A stretch of DNA of 64,000 bases from NCBI RefSeq assembly GCF_009834535.1, contig NC_045697.1:26476001-26540000 (forward strand). Direction: 5' to 3'. Below, one piece after another: positions 1-13,003 of the stretch. Under the pieces are notes generated by a model. That model was not told where the DNA came from. It made no database searches and saw only the letters and a program-made list of their open reading frames with translations. The first letter of the stretch is position 1. Every line of letters begins with the position of its first letter. A program made the position numbers and the translations under genes. Origin of the DNA: Camelus ferus (lineage: Eukaryota).

Positions 1-1041
1 GGGCTATGTAAACTAATCACAATCTCATGAGATCTTTTTAATAAGTGATGGTTTAAATTATTTGAACTTGGAAAAGCAGCCTTAGATTCCTCTTAAATAC
101 TGTGCTATATAAACTTAACAACCAGATAAAAATCCTGAAATCGGTTAAAAATATTAAATTGATGCTAGAGAAAATGCAAACAAAGACATTTTACCCAATA
201 TTTTTCTAAGATCCACACAAGCATAATAGGGGAAATGGTTGCTATAGTAACAAAGGTTTTGTGACATCTAAGAAGGCAACAAGTCTAATAAAGTTAACTG
301 TCAAGATACTGTGAGGCATTTCAAAACATAAAAGAAGACAATTTCTCATCCTAAAAATACAACAATAGATGAAGCATTCCTTAGACAGACCATGCATTTA
401 CTGAATCACAAACATTAACTGAGCACTTACTCTGAAACAGGTGGCTTTGCAAAATGCATAAGTTTCTGTCCTTATGGGGCTTATGTTCTAGCCAAGAGAA
501 CTAGTCAAATATACATCAAACAAATAACAAAATGTCGAAAGACAATCAGGATAAATAAAATTTGTGAGTTCATAAATACAAAAATCAACACAAACTTTGC
601 TAGCAAAGAAATCAAATCAGTCCTATTCAGGCATTTTAGGGACAAAAAACTTCATGGCTGCTAATCTGGTAGAGCTAAACATGGAGTCAATGTAAACAAT
701 TTGCAACTCATTTCAAGAAGCAGATGGTAAATGAAAGATGTATTCCTCTGCCAGAATTAAAAACCCACCTTCATTATCATTCAGTGTCTATAGGCATCTC
801 TCTCAACAGAGGAGAGGTTGGGTATCTGTCAGGCTGGACTAATACAATACCAGTCCTCAAGAGACTTACATAAATGACATAAAAAAACAGAGCAAATTAA
901 CAGCTGTGTAAAGATATGTAACTGAAGATTGACCAAGTGTAAAAAAAAAAAAAAAAAAGAGTGTTTGACACAGGCACTCACAAAACAGGCTAAAGAAAGT
1001 GGGGACACTTTGTAAGGGAGTATGGAGGCATTCAGGGCACC

Positions 1042-1539
1042 TGTCCTTGGCAGCGTGTTTTTAGGTCCATTTTACACGCTTGTGCTCTGCTCTGTATCAC
1101 AGTGCTATTGATCCCTGTAGGCTGTGTCTTCCTTATTTTTCTATTAGGTGGCTTGACTAGTTTTAGACAACAAGAAGAAACAGCAGAAGACTGGAGAGTT
1201 AGTGGGAGGAAAGGAGAAGCCAGGGTATGTCTCCCCTGTTCTCTTTTTGCTTACAGTGGGATGCTTCCCTGGCTCCAACTCCTCCTGGACAGCTCCATCA
1301 TAATTCCAGCTCTCACCAGGTCCTCAGCTGACTCCAGGCCCCAGAATTTAGTAACACTACCTCTTTGCTTATCTCTCTACTCCAGAAATAGTAGCGTCTT
1401 CCTGCTTGTCTCTATATTGCCTCAATGTCTCTGCTTGGCTCTCCAGCTTTTCTATAACCTGTATTCATTGCCCTATATTAAATTCCCCATCTGTTTTAAA
1501 GACATATAGGTTTGCTTTTTCCTGGCTGGAACTGATGCA
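1042..1539 (+). mobile_element. ERVL solo LTR, LTR33-like (old)
   Basis: 3' end ATTAAATTCCCCATCTGTTTTAAAGACATATAGGTTTGCTTTTTCCTGGCTGGAACTGATGCA resembles the LTR33 terminus; internal GGAGAAGCCAGGGTATGTCTCCCC block. Explains ORF 1102-1509. Confidence 0.65.
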
Positions 1540-1579
1540 GAAAAGGTGGAGAATATTGTAGAGGAAACCACATATATTT

Positions 1580-1806
1580 CAAATCTTTAGTTTGAATCCT
1601 GGTATGTCATTGGGACTGTCTAAACTTGAGAAAGAGCTGTGAACATGATATGCCTCAAGTTCTCATTAATCCATCCTTCCCTTCATTCAACAATCTACAA
1701 ATTGAAAATAATACCTGCCTTCTAGTCTTATTGCGAGGATAAGAAAAAGTCATGCACACGAAGTCTTAGCATTGTGCCTGTCTGATAGTAAGTAGGTCCT
1801 CAGTGA
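1580..1806 (+). mobile_element. MIR SINE fragments
   Basis: Core-like AATAATACCTGCCTTCTAGTCTTATTGCGAGGAT...CTTAGCATTGTGCCTG...TAGTAAGTAGGTCCTCAGTGAATG. Confidence 0.55.
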
Positions 1807-1915
1807 ATGATACTTCATTTCCCTTCATGATTTCCTCTTGCCTCCAAACCATGCCCGTCACACTTACACTTCCTATGCAATGGATCATGCTACGTATAGA
1901 GTCTTGGCTAAGATC

Positions 1916-1947
<32 letters not shown>

Positions 1948-1958
1948 TGTGTGTGTGT
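1916..1958. repeat. (TG)n microsatellite
   Basis: Direct reading: ~21 TG units interrupted by CGCG; source of the HT/VC-repeat ORFs. Confidence 0.97.
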
Positions 1959-2019
1959 ATTAAATCAAATTTTAAGATATACATGTATTTCATTTAATCA
2001 TTATGAGAATTCTCAGCAG

Positions 2020-2180
2020 TTAGTTACTATTATTAGATGCTTTATACAAGTAAGGAAACTAAGGCTTAAAAAGTTAGTTGAAATGTCTGAAGTCATATAG
2101 ATAGCACTAGCAAGTGGTAGGGCCAGAATTCAAATTTATGTCTGCCTGACTTCTAAGTCTGTGGGCTTTACTCTGCTATA
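2020..2180 (-). mobile_element. MIR SINE
   Basis: GGAAACTAAGGCTTAAAAAGTTAG...GCAAGTGGTAGGGCCAGAATTCAAA...TCTGCCTGACTTCTAAG matches reverse MIR consensus. Confidence 0.7.
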
Positions 2181-3309
2181 CAACCTCCTGTCACTACAAA
2201 GATAAATCATATCTGGTCCTCAGATACTCTGAAGGCAGGGAAAATACATGACCCCCAATACTGCCAACTCTCCTCCCCTTTGGGATCTAAGCTTTTGTGT
2301 AGGTCACCTAAGGAACTGGGAACTCGGCTTTTAGCAAAACTGAATACTTTTAGAGTGGAGGATAATGTATCTTATGAAATCGGAATGGTAATATTTTAGG
2401 CCAGTCAGAATGTCATGAAGAGTCTATAGTATATAATACTTAAAAATAAAGTATATAATAAGTAAGCATAAAGCACCTAAAAGATGAAGATGTATTAAGT
2501 ATATTGTACTAGTATATGAAGATGTAGCTTAAAGGTATGTACAGTTTTAAAGAAGGGCAGGCAAAGAATGCATATATTTTTAAGATTATAAGATTACAGA
2601 TATGCTTTTAAGTATAACATAAGACATAATAATAATGCCTGTATTATATACATATATATGTAATTACACATATAATTATATAAATGAAATAAAGAAAAGA
2701 TCACAGAACAAGTTACTAAGGATAGTTATGAAACTGAACTCATGATGTTTCAATTTTAAGAAAGTGTTGAACATGTACATTGCTTGGATTTATCATGTTT
2801 TCTTTCTGTATAAGAAAATAAAAGGAAACTTTAGAATTAAAAAGATATTCAAAAGCATGCCATCACAAAGAAATGACATCTACTTAAAAAGGTTTTTAGA
2901 CATAAAGTCATAAATAACCATCATACCAAAACTCAAAACTCAGGAAAAGTTAGCTTCTTAATCACCATTTTTAGTATATTTTTTTACTATAATTGGAACA
3001 AAAATAAGCAGGGTGAATGTTTCCTTATTTGCTGTATTTAAAATAAGTATTTCCTCGTTATAACAAATTACCACAAGAAAAAAATCTCTTTAAGAATTTG
3101 TTCACGAAAGACTTTAAGCTGAATCAACAGTATTAATCAGAGGGGGCCATCTATTGTATTGCAAGAGGGGAAAACACCAGTAAAACTAAATTGAAATAGA
3201 ATGTGTGGACCACTGAAATAAGAAGACTATCTGTGAAAAAAAATAGATAAAATAAAGAAAGGAAGCTGCAGAATACCTTCAGCGCAGAAATGAGTGAATC
3301 AAGAATATA

Positions 3310-4095
3310 GTGAGTTTCCAGCCTCTGTTTAGAATGTAGATAGTGTGAAAGGGCATTACTCCAAACTTAACAAGAAAAAACTAGATAACCTGCAAATTCA
3401 CAGCTTTTCTTGAACCCACCAAAGTGCTGAGATTGCAGGATATCAACTAACTGAAAATCTAGGTAGAGACAGATGCTTTCAAGGAGAGAGGAATGTGATT
3501 ACTTGCTCACTGGGACAGACAATGGGTGATATGTAAGTAGGTAAGAAAAATTCGGTTAAATTTTTAAAATAAATTTCTAGAGGTCAAGTATTGGCTAGCA
3601 AGAGAGTGTAGAATGACTACAAACTATAGATACAGGGAAATTAGCAACTAACAGGAGCTTCTCTATGGACCTCGATGAGCGCTTACAAAAAAGATCTGGG
3701 CAGGGAGAGCAATCCGAGAGAGCCTCCTTCCTGGTGCTTTCAGGGGAGGGTGGCAGCAGCTGTTGTAAAAAAAAAAAAAAAAAAAAGGCATGAAAACCCA
3801 TCTTCTTCCTTCTCCCCTTTAAGCCTTTGTGGGAAAAGCAGCAAACTCTGCTGCCCTCAGGACATGAGTGAAGAACCAGTAGATCTGGGGGAAGACAGGA
3901 GACAACAACCATCTAAGGACAGAAAAACGTACTAGGTCTAGACCATCAGAGATCCCTTACCACAAGGAGAGGGGAATCGTTAAGAAGGTTGCAACCTCAG
4001 CACCTGTCAAGATGGAGGTTCCAGGACACAGATACTGTCCCTCTACCCCCTGCCCCACCAGGAGTCTACACTGGGGAGGGGAAAGGATGTGGAAA
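3310..4095 (+). mobile_element. Ancient L1 (L1M group) 5' UTR fragment
   Basis: ACAAGAAAAAACTAGATAACCTGCAAATTCACAGCTTTTCTTGAACCCACCAAAGTGCTGAGATTGCAGG resembles old L1M 5' ends. Confidence 0.5.
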
Positions 4096-4389
4096 GGAAA
4101 CTTCGAAGCACAGGCTCACTGTGACTTTGTTTAAGTCTCTCCTTCTCTGCTTTGAACATCATTCAGATATACCAACATAATACCTTATGATCTTTCCCCA
4201 TACTTTATTTATTAAAAGACATATTTGTTCATTGTTTCATTGAAATTAAACCTTAGAGAGAGTCTAGTATAACTTTTAGCCAACTAAATCCTCATAAAAA
4301 ATTCATAGGTCAATATTTCCATCTTGGCTTTTAGTTAATTTCATATTGAGTCTAGCTGCAAGCCTGAAGGTAAGTTGGGGAGGCTATTT

Positions 4390-4943
4390 AGTTGTCTCTT
4401 AGCCCCTACGTACACTCTTCTATATTCTGCTCTGTCCTGCTGGGGTGGGAATCACATTTCCCGTGATCTGTTGCTAATTGATTTTTTATTAGATCTATGT
4501 TCTGACAATAGGAACACTTGTGAGTGATGAAAAGATTGAAAGTAAAGCTTTCTGCTTCTGGTCAATAGTATTGATGGCACTTGATGGGAGTTGTGATGTC
4601 TGCAGCAAAGGTGAATGATTTTAGATTCAGCAACCTGGACAGAGGTAGCACCTTTTCAGAAATTAGAGCCCTGATAGAAGAAGCACCTGCTCAGCAGATG
4701 CAGAACTGTCTATGATACTGTGTCCAACAGGGCAGCTTCAGGCTTCTGGACTCCAGTCCACAGTTAGAATCAGCTTTGGATTTCACATTGTCACCATTTT
4801 TCCTTCTGCAGCCATCTTCCTTTTCTCCTTTACAAGTTCAGCCCTTCAAACATCTTTGCAACCAATTCCTTGTATTCAATTCTTCATGACTGAAATCCCC
4901 AGAGTGGTTTCTTTATTCCTGTCTAGACCCTTCCTCATATACA
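4390..4943 (+). mobile_element. ERVL solo LTR, LTR33/LTR41-like
   Basis: Terminus CCAATTCCTTGTATTCAATTC...TGAAATCCCCAGAGTGGTTTCTTTATTCCTG...ATACA. Confidence 0.6.
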
Positions 4944-5978
4944 TGTGTCTTAACTCACAGACATTGAAAAGAAGAAGTAGTGAAGCAACTGGGACAGGAT
5001 ACTATGATTCACCTGCCAATAGAGGCAAAGAGCATTGTGGCTGAAATAAATTATCTGACAAAGAAAAGTTATAATTGCATTTATGCAAGGTTACTTTTGA
5101 AGTAAAAAAGTGAGTGTTGATTTAGTGAAGCCATTTACTAGACTGTTGACCTTCTCTTATGGATCTGTCCACAGTAAAATGGAATTAATTTGGCTACCTT
5201 TTAATGGAATGGACATTTCCCCCATGTATTTGAAGACAGATAGTCTCACTTGTATCTGGGTCTTTGCACATATGACTTTAATCTCTTTTCTTCCTCTCCC
5301 TGTATGACTCAAAGATTAATAGGTGTTTCATCTGGGGAGATTTTTGGCCCACCATTCCCTTTCCAACTATGTTATGTGCCTATGCTATAAGCTTTCCCAG
5401 GACACTCTACTTCCCTATCAGACTGTTTAACTAGCTTTATTATTGTTGCTTAAATTACTATCATCTCAGATAAGTTTAATGGAGGGCAAGGAAACTCCTT
5501 CAGTTTCCTACCATCCTACAGCCATACTTGCCATTGCTTCTCTAGAACATGGCCCCTCTAAGGCTTCCAAAAATAATTTGCTGAATGATGAGATTACTCC
5601 TAGTATCTATTAAGTCACACTGCCTCCTATCTTTAACAGTACAGGAAACACAAAAAGCATTAAAAATATGTTTCTAAATTCTAAAGAACTGACAATTGCT
5701 TGTGAGGTTGAGGCATATAGAAAGTAAACTGACAAACAGCTGTCATGTGAGCTGCAGGAGGACATGTGATGCAAATCATGGTCCTTCACTGATTCCAGAA
5801 TCCTCCACCATGGGTAAGCACCCCCTGACTTTTCTTTTTGCAGAGAAAGACATGAGCATAGGATGCCAGGTCTCACGTGGAGGGGATTATCAGCAGCTTT
5901 TTCTTTATTCCTTTAAATGCACAATGTCCCCAAGAGAAGTTTGTGCAAATGTGCCAGAGGTATTTTGTCAGCATTGAC

Positions 5979-5993
5979 ATTTGCATGACAATC
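5979..5993 (-). promoter_or_regulatory. Putative SOX-OCT composite motif
   Basis: ATTTGCATGACAATC; reverse complement GATTGTCATGCAAAT differs from CATTGTCATGCAAAT only at the first base. Second octamer ATGCAAAT at 5769-5776. Confidence 0.35.
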
Positions 5994-6929
5994 TCCCAAG
6001 TGGTAAATTTCTACTTCCATGTACACAATGACTAATTACATATTTTCCTTCACCATTAATTTGTCCTTTTCCAAGTTGATATATACTGTCACAACTGCAC
6101 TTTGTTCTAGCTATAACTTATAGAAGCTTGTAATGTTGTCTTTCTTTACTAAAATTCCAACCAAGGGTCAGGAAGCTTTCTAACCATAAAACACAAGTGC
6201 AGAATGTCTTTCTCTTACAATCTTTATATCCAGTGACAAGAACATTTGCCAGAAGCTGTTCCAAAAAGCCAACCCCTACTAGATGTAGTAAAAGTATAAA
6301 TATAGTTTGACTTGGAAGTTGACTCGTTTTTTACATAATTGCAGCTAGATGAAACTGAAGCTTTAGAGATTTGAAATTCCAATCTATCTGATCTGAAATA
6401 AATGTAAATCCTACAATAAGTGAATAAATAGCACATTTGCAAAATGATAAATGGCAGTTATTGAATTCAACTAAGCAATATCAACCAATAAACTCTGAAC
6501 ACATTGAGAATAGAGAAAATTACATTTGATTACTTATCAGCAAATCCTAAGAGGCGAGGTTTTTTAAAAGGTTATGGAAATTGTACAGCATGTTAAGTCA
6601 TTAGGGATGAGAACATATTTCTTGCTTGAGTACTTGGTTACTCCGACCTCTTGTTCATGTCAAACTAAATTCCAGCTCAAAGTTACAGTGTACTGAATTC
6701 CACCTCCACAAAAGTTATAGGACATGTTTGTCACTTTTGATGACAATTGTCTTTTACAGAAATGAACCTTTCTACAAGCCTTTGACATGTGACCTATAAA
6801 AGTTTACATGAAATTTAGATCTTTGCTACTATGGATTTTTAACGGACTTTTATTTATTAGAGAAGTTTATTTTGATATAATGAAAAATAAACACGGGGAA
6901 ATTCTTTAAGTTAGAATTTTCTTCCTTGA

Positions 6930-6969
6930 TGCAAATACAGCTTGGTTGCAAATACAGCTTGATTGCAAA
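6930..6969. repeat. 17-bp tandem duplication (~2.4 copies)
   Basis: TGCAAATACAGCTTGGT / TGCAAATACAGCTTGAT / TGCAAA. Confidence 0.85.
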
Positions 6970-7367
6970 CACCACTCAATGACACAGTTGATTCATCTAC
7001 AATATATTTACTTTGCATTATCCTGGGCATTGGATTGTATATTTTATAAACAAAAAAGATTTGGAACTGTAGCTCCCGTAGGACTAAAGGAATAAATACA
7101 AATGATAATTCAATGTGCTTGGTCACAAGCATTCATTCAATATTTGTCAAACCTTTCATATAAGGTTTAGTTTAAGATTTCTACTGGATATAGATGAACC
7201 AAATACAATCCTTAAGGAATGTATAGTCTATATGCAAGATCACACTGGTATGCAAATAACTTCAATACAGCACAGAACACAATCATCAGTAAGCGACATA
7301 AAGATAAAGTCACAGGAGAATTCAGGAGTAGAAAAAACTTTTTGGCTGACGGAAAAATAAAACACCT

Positions 7368-7818
7368 ATTGTGGATTAAAATGTGTCCTGCAAAAGATAT
7401 GTCAAAGTCCTAATCCCACTATCTGTGAATGTGACCTTATTTGGAAATTTTGTATTTTTAGATACAATTAAGTAAAGGATATCTGGATGAGATAATTTTG
7501 GAATAAGGGTAGGCCCTAATCCAATGACTGTAAGAGAAAAGAAAGAGAAATTTGAGACCAAGAGCCACAGGGAAGAAGGTGATGTGAAGACGAAGGCAGA
7601 GATCAGAATTATGTTGCCACAAACCAAGGAAGCCTGGAGTTCCCACATGCTGGAATAAGCAAGCAAGGATTCTCTTCTGAGATTTCAGAGAAAGTGTGGT
7701 CCTGTCAATGCCTTGATTTTGGATTTTGGCCTTCAAAATTCTGAGAGAATCAATTCCTGTTATTTTAAGCTTCCAACCCTTGTAGTAATTTTTTATATAC
7801 CTAGGAAAGTAATATAAC
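7368..7818 (+). mobile_element. MaLR solo LTR, MLT1B/C/D-like
   Basis: TGTGGATTAAAATGTGTCC...AAAAGATATGTCAAAGTCCTAATCCC...TGTGAATGTGACCTTATTTGGAAAT at start; CTAGGAAAGTAATATA at end. Confidence 0.85.
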
Positions 7819-8044
7819 ACCAGTACAGAGACAACATATGGGTTGAATCATGAAGGATGGATTCTATTTGGACAGTCAAAGCTTTTCATGTAGCAGAATG
7901 CATGACATTCCTTGCAGAAAGAATACTTGAGTAAAGACTTGGAGTTGGGGATGATTGAAGGGAAAAGGAAGTAAGTTTTTCAGCATCCTAGAATAATAAA
8001 TGAATGATGTGGAAAAGTAGAAGAGACCAGAAGAGAACAGGGGC

Positions 8045-8245
8045 TAATTTTCTCTTCGAAGGCTCTAGGGGAGGATCCTTGCCTGCTTCTTCCAGCTTCT
8101 GGGGCTCCAGGCTTCTGTGCCTTGTGATGGCATAATTATACTCTCTACCTTCATCTTCACACGGCCTTCTCCCCTGTGTCTCATGTCTCAAAGCTCTCTG
8201 CTCATCAGTCATTGGATTAGAGCCACCCATACCTCCAGAGAATTG
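8045..8245 (-). mobile_element. MaLR LTR fragment, MLT1B/C-like
   Basis: GGCTCTAGGGGAGGATCCTTGCCTGCTTCTTCCAGCTTCTGGGG...CAGTCATTGGATTAG. Confidence 0.8.
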
Positions 8246-8551
8246 GGGTTGCAGTGTAGAGAGAGAGAGAGAAGGAAGTGTGAGTGGGAACAAAAAAAGT
8301 TGGAAACCAGCATAGAAACCATTGGAGAAAGAGATGAAGCAAAATGATAAAAATATATATATATGCATCTCTGGTAGAGATGCCAAGGAGCATGAGACCT
8401 AGAGAATGAGACTCTTGGTTACTGTTGTTTCTCTGAAGTGCAGACATTTTAGGGAGAATATTTTTGAGAGAGAAGAACCAGTCACTGTATTTGCATGGAT
8501 GAGTACTCTAATAATATGAGAGATATATTTTCCTTATTTAAAGTTTTTACA

Positions 8552-9635
8552 CAATTTTGAAATCAGGAAATATGATGCCTCCAGCCTTGCTCTTCTTGCT
8601 AAAGATCGCTTTTGTTATTCATGGTCTTTTGTGATTCCAAATGAAATTTAGCATTTTTTATTCTGTTTCTGAAAATACCATTGGGATTTTGATTGAGACT
8701 GCACTGAATCTGTAGATGACTTTGGATAGTATAGAGATTTAACAAGATTAATTATTACAATCCATGCACCCAGGATGCCTTTCCATTCTTCTGTGTCTTC
8801 TTTAATTTTTTTCATCAATGGTTTATAATTACCAGTGGACAAGTCTTTCAACCTCTTTGGTTAACTTTATTCCTAAATATTTTATTATGTTTGTTGCTAT
8901 TGTGAATGGGAATGTTTTCTTACTTTCCTTTTCACATATTTAATTGATTGTATACAGAAATATAGATGTCTGTCAATGGAGGATTAGACAAAGAAAATGC
9001 GTTAAGTATTACATGTGTACATATAATATACATATTGGAATATATATAATATAAAATATTATGTACATTATATATAATAATATTTAGCTTTAAAAAAAAG
9101 AAAAAAATTCTACCATTTAATGACTCTCCCTACCTAAAAAGAAGGAAATCTTACCATTTGATAACATAGATGAACATGGAGAATATTATGCTAAATAAAA
9201 TAAGCCAAACACAGAAAGGCAAATACTGTGTGGTCTCACTTCCATGTGGAATCTAAAATAGTTTAACTCACAGAAGCAGAAAGTAGAATGATGGCAGCCA
9301 GGGACCAGGGCAAGGGGGAAATGGGGAGATGGGTTAAAGGACACAAAGTTTCAGTTATGCAAGATAAGTAAGTTCTGTAGATCTAATGCACAGCAACGTG
9401 ACTATAGTTAACAATACTGTATTGTATACTTGAAATTTCCTAAAAAAGGAGATCTTAAGTGTCCTCACCACACAAACCATATGCACAAGAAAATGGTAAC
9501 TATGTAAGCAAACAAATATGCTACTTAGCTTGTTTGAGGTAATTATTTCACAATGTATATCAATACATTAAGTTATACATCTTAAGTATATACAGTATTT
9601 GTTTGCCAACTATACCCCAATAAAGCTGGAAAAAC
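8552..9635. mobile_element. L1MA-like LINE-1, 5'-truncated with inverted 5' segment
   Basis: ~8552-8965 is minus-strand ORF2 (ORF 8648-8851 MKDLSTGNYKPLMKKIKEDTEEWK...); ~8970-9635 is plus-strand 3' UTR ending CCCCAATAAAGCTGGAAAAA. Confidence 0.85.
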
Positions 9636-10091
9636 ATCTTTAGAATATATTAAAGTTTTTGTAAATAGGATTGTTTTTCAAAAATTAGTTTCCTGATCAA
9701 GTCCCTTTCTGCTTAGAAGTTAATACTTTTTGCTTTCATCTCTGCTCACCTGAATTTATTTTCCTTTTCTATCCCACATGGATTTGTTTGAATTGTTTCA
9801 TATCTCCAAGAAAAAAAATGTATTACTCTTTTTTCTTATCTTCTCAACGAGATCTTTTAGAGATAAACTTGTTATTTTTAATTTTAAATTGTTTTTCATA
9901 AAAATTTTGTCATAATCTTTTATAAAAGTGAATGTTTTGAATTATGGATTGAATAATAATTAAGAAAGACATGCAATGTAATTCAATGATAAATCACTTT
10001 GAATCTACCATATTGACTGTTAAGCATAGGTTTTTTAGGATTACAAAATACTTTTACGTAAATTATCTCATTTGCTCTTTATAATAGCCAT

Positions 10092-10281
10092 CAGTGATGT
10101 GCAGATAAACTAGCTCTTAAAAAAAAACCCAACTCTGACTTATAATGCATGACAATCTCTGTGGTGTAAATACTCCCACCATGGCCAATTTCTACCTACC
10201 AATGATTTAAAAGTGGTTTGTAAATCTCATGAATATTTAATAATCAGCTCTTGCCAGCAAATCAGTTCCAGCACATTACTG
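10092..10281 (-). mobile_element. hAT MITE, MER63-like
   Basis: TIR-like ends CAGTGATGTGCAG / CAGCACATTACTG; internal GTGGTGTAAATACTCCCACCATGGCCAATTTC. Confidence 0.75.
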
Positions 10282-12597
10282 GATGTTGGGCCTCATATCC
10301 TCACTTTTTCAAAGACAAACAGAAGCCAAGACAAATAGTAACTTTTTCAAATTCACACAGCTAGAGTGACAGCTCAGGTCATCCTATTCCATACAACATG
10401 CTCTTTTCACTTGATACATTTACCTCCCTCTTTATCCATAATAATGCAAGTTTTCACTAAATGCTTTAAGTCTCTTGCCTATTCATAAAATAATTTGAGG
10501 TACATACAGGTTAAAACATATTTTAAAATAATAAAATGCATTTATAGATAAAGCTAAATGATTGTTTTTTAATGAAGCAAGACAGCCAATGGCAAAGATT
10601 TTAGATATTCCTATGTACCAATATCATTTTTCTGGAATAAAAATGTTATAGAAATTTATTATGAGAACTTCTGTTTGGAGGACATTGAATAAGAACAAAG
10701 AGTACCCTTTAGCCACAGTTTTATGAATTATAGAAATCAAGTGGCTTTCTCATAGATATTCAAAGGCAGATCATGTTAAATTTATTCATAATTCAGTGGA
10801 AGCAACTGTGTTAAGAGTGAGATGGAGCAGATTAATAGGAAAAAAAAAACAGCCCCAAGAGGTAACCCTTCTGGGGGTTGTTTTTAACTTAGACTAGCCT
10901 CAAAAGACATGTCTTAAAAACAATTTTTATCCAAAACAAATTGACAATCCAATCCTTCTACAGACCTATTAGGCCATTTTTCTGTCTTTCTCAATAAAAT
11001 GACAGGGAAAATCTTTAATAAAAGACATAAGAAGCAAGAATTACTTTATACATAAAAGCTGAACAACAGGAATACATGGTTATTCAGAAGATAATCAGAG
11101 CACTTTAGCCCAGAAATGAGTAACAGAGTTTTTCATATGGAAAGAATATTATTTCATTTTCTGGAATAAGCTTGTAAGTTTCTCCTTTCTACGTATCTTC
11201 CCAAACAAAAAATCACCATTCCTTAGTCACTCATTTATTTATTCACCCATTCAACAAATAATCTGCGACCACCAACTATAGTCCAGGCATCAAACTGGAA
11301 GCTGATGATAAAGTCTGCAGTCTAATAATATGTTTGAAAGAAGAAAATATTTTCCACTTGAAAGAAGACTACATGATTTAAAATTTGAGGTGGGACATTT
11401 ATCTGATTGGATTACTATTTAAACAAATGTTTTCAATCCATTTTTATCAAATAAATTTAGAGCAGAACTTAATACAGTGTTGCTCCTTATTTGTCCTCAT
11501 CCAGTCATCCCAGGTCTTTCAGATGAAAAGTGTCCTTCCACCTGCCAGATCAATAGGTACTTGAAGTCTATCAGGTCAGATATTTTGGCACCTACCACTT
11601 TCACAAATCAGAATGGAAATGAGGGCAGCTTCTTGGCAGTAGTGTTCTCTTAGTCTGCCTGGCTTTTCTCTGTGGAGCCACTCTGAAAAGCTCAGTTTCT
11701 TCCATTGACCACCTCATCCTAAGAATGTAAAGCTTATCGCCTGTTGCCCAGGAGCCAAAATGCTTTGCACCTAAGACAACCAACTACGATGTCCTCTACT
11801 TGAGGGGCTCATTCTCTTTTGTAATTAAGTTTGTTCTTTGGTGTGCCACTGAATCCCTTGCTGCTTTGGGGCTCCAGCTGTGCCAGTTTTGATTAATAAC
11901 GCATCCAGATTGTATTACAATACCCTGCTGTGATCAGGATTAATTTAAAAGCTGACAGAAATATTGTCAACTAATTGCATGTCGTCTTAAAAAATTAAAT
12001 GTGGCTTTGCCTAAAAAAATAAAAAAAGATGATATGTATGGAGAATCATTAAAAATAATATTAAAGAAAACCAAATTAACTCAGTCTATAGGAGGCTGAT
12101 TCAAACAATCTTAATAAGGTTCAGTGCTTTATAAAATCAAATCAATGCTACACATAAAACACTTTGGTGGTAGTTCTAATAAACTACAGACCAATTATGA
12201 CACAGTAAGGAGCCTTCTTGAAGAACAAACTGCCACTATGGGGAGTTATCAGTCCAAAGGCAGTGATTGGGGAATATTTCTCTTGTGCTAAATCTTCAGC
12301 AAGAAGATTTGGGAGATATGTTCTCTGACTTTGAATAAAAAAATGTGATCAGTCTGTAAATTAGATCATTGACTCAGTTTTGAATTAGTTTTCTCTGCTT
12401 TCTGCATGATAATTTCAGTTCAAACAGGTAAGTCTAACCATGATCTCTATTAAGTCTCCAATTCTGCAGAGATTCCTTGAAGTTATTGGCAGATATGCTT
12501 GGAGTGATATCTTCACAATATAAAAGTGTGGCAATGTTTGTGAAGATTGTAACTATCTAGAGGGTAGAATGTGTTTGTTATATTACAGGACGTTGGG

Positions 12598-13003
12598 TGT
12601 GGATGTTGGTGGTGCCACACCAAAATACCCTTTACAAGCCAGTACACCTAGCGCCTAACCCAAGTAAATGCTGACTCACAGCTGCCCCCATCCCGTTTCT
12701 AACAAATAACTTCATGCAAAAAGAGTCCTCCACACTACCCTATGGCTGACCTCAGTCCATGACTGACTGACACAGGAGTACAAAGGATGTACCCCCTTGC
12801 TTCAAGGTAGGGCAAAGACCACAGTACAAGCTGTGCTCTAGAACTTCCCTGGGATCAGACCAGAGCTTGGAAACTGAAACTGAAACCACATCCTAGCTTA
12901 ACTTTCCTCTTCTGTTATATCCTCATATCTCACTTCCTTCCCTTTAGAACACGTGAACAAGAATCCCTGTCTCAGCTTCTGTTTCCAGATAACTTGACAT
13001 ATA
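12598..13003 (+). mobile_element. ERVL solo LTR, LTR16-like
   Basis: TGTGGATGTTGGTGGTGCCACACC... and AAGAATCCCTGTCTCAGCTTCTGTTTCCAG terminus. Confidence 0.7.

Noticed and set aside
1102..1509. 135-aa hydrophobic ORF
   Set aside because: Non-ATG start and entirely within an LTR33-like LTR.
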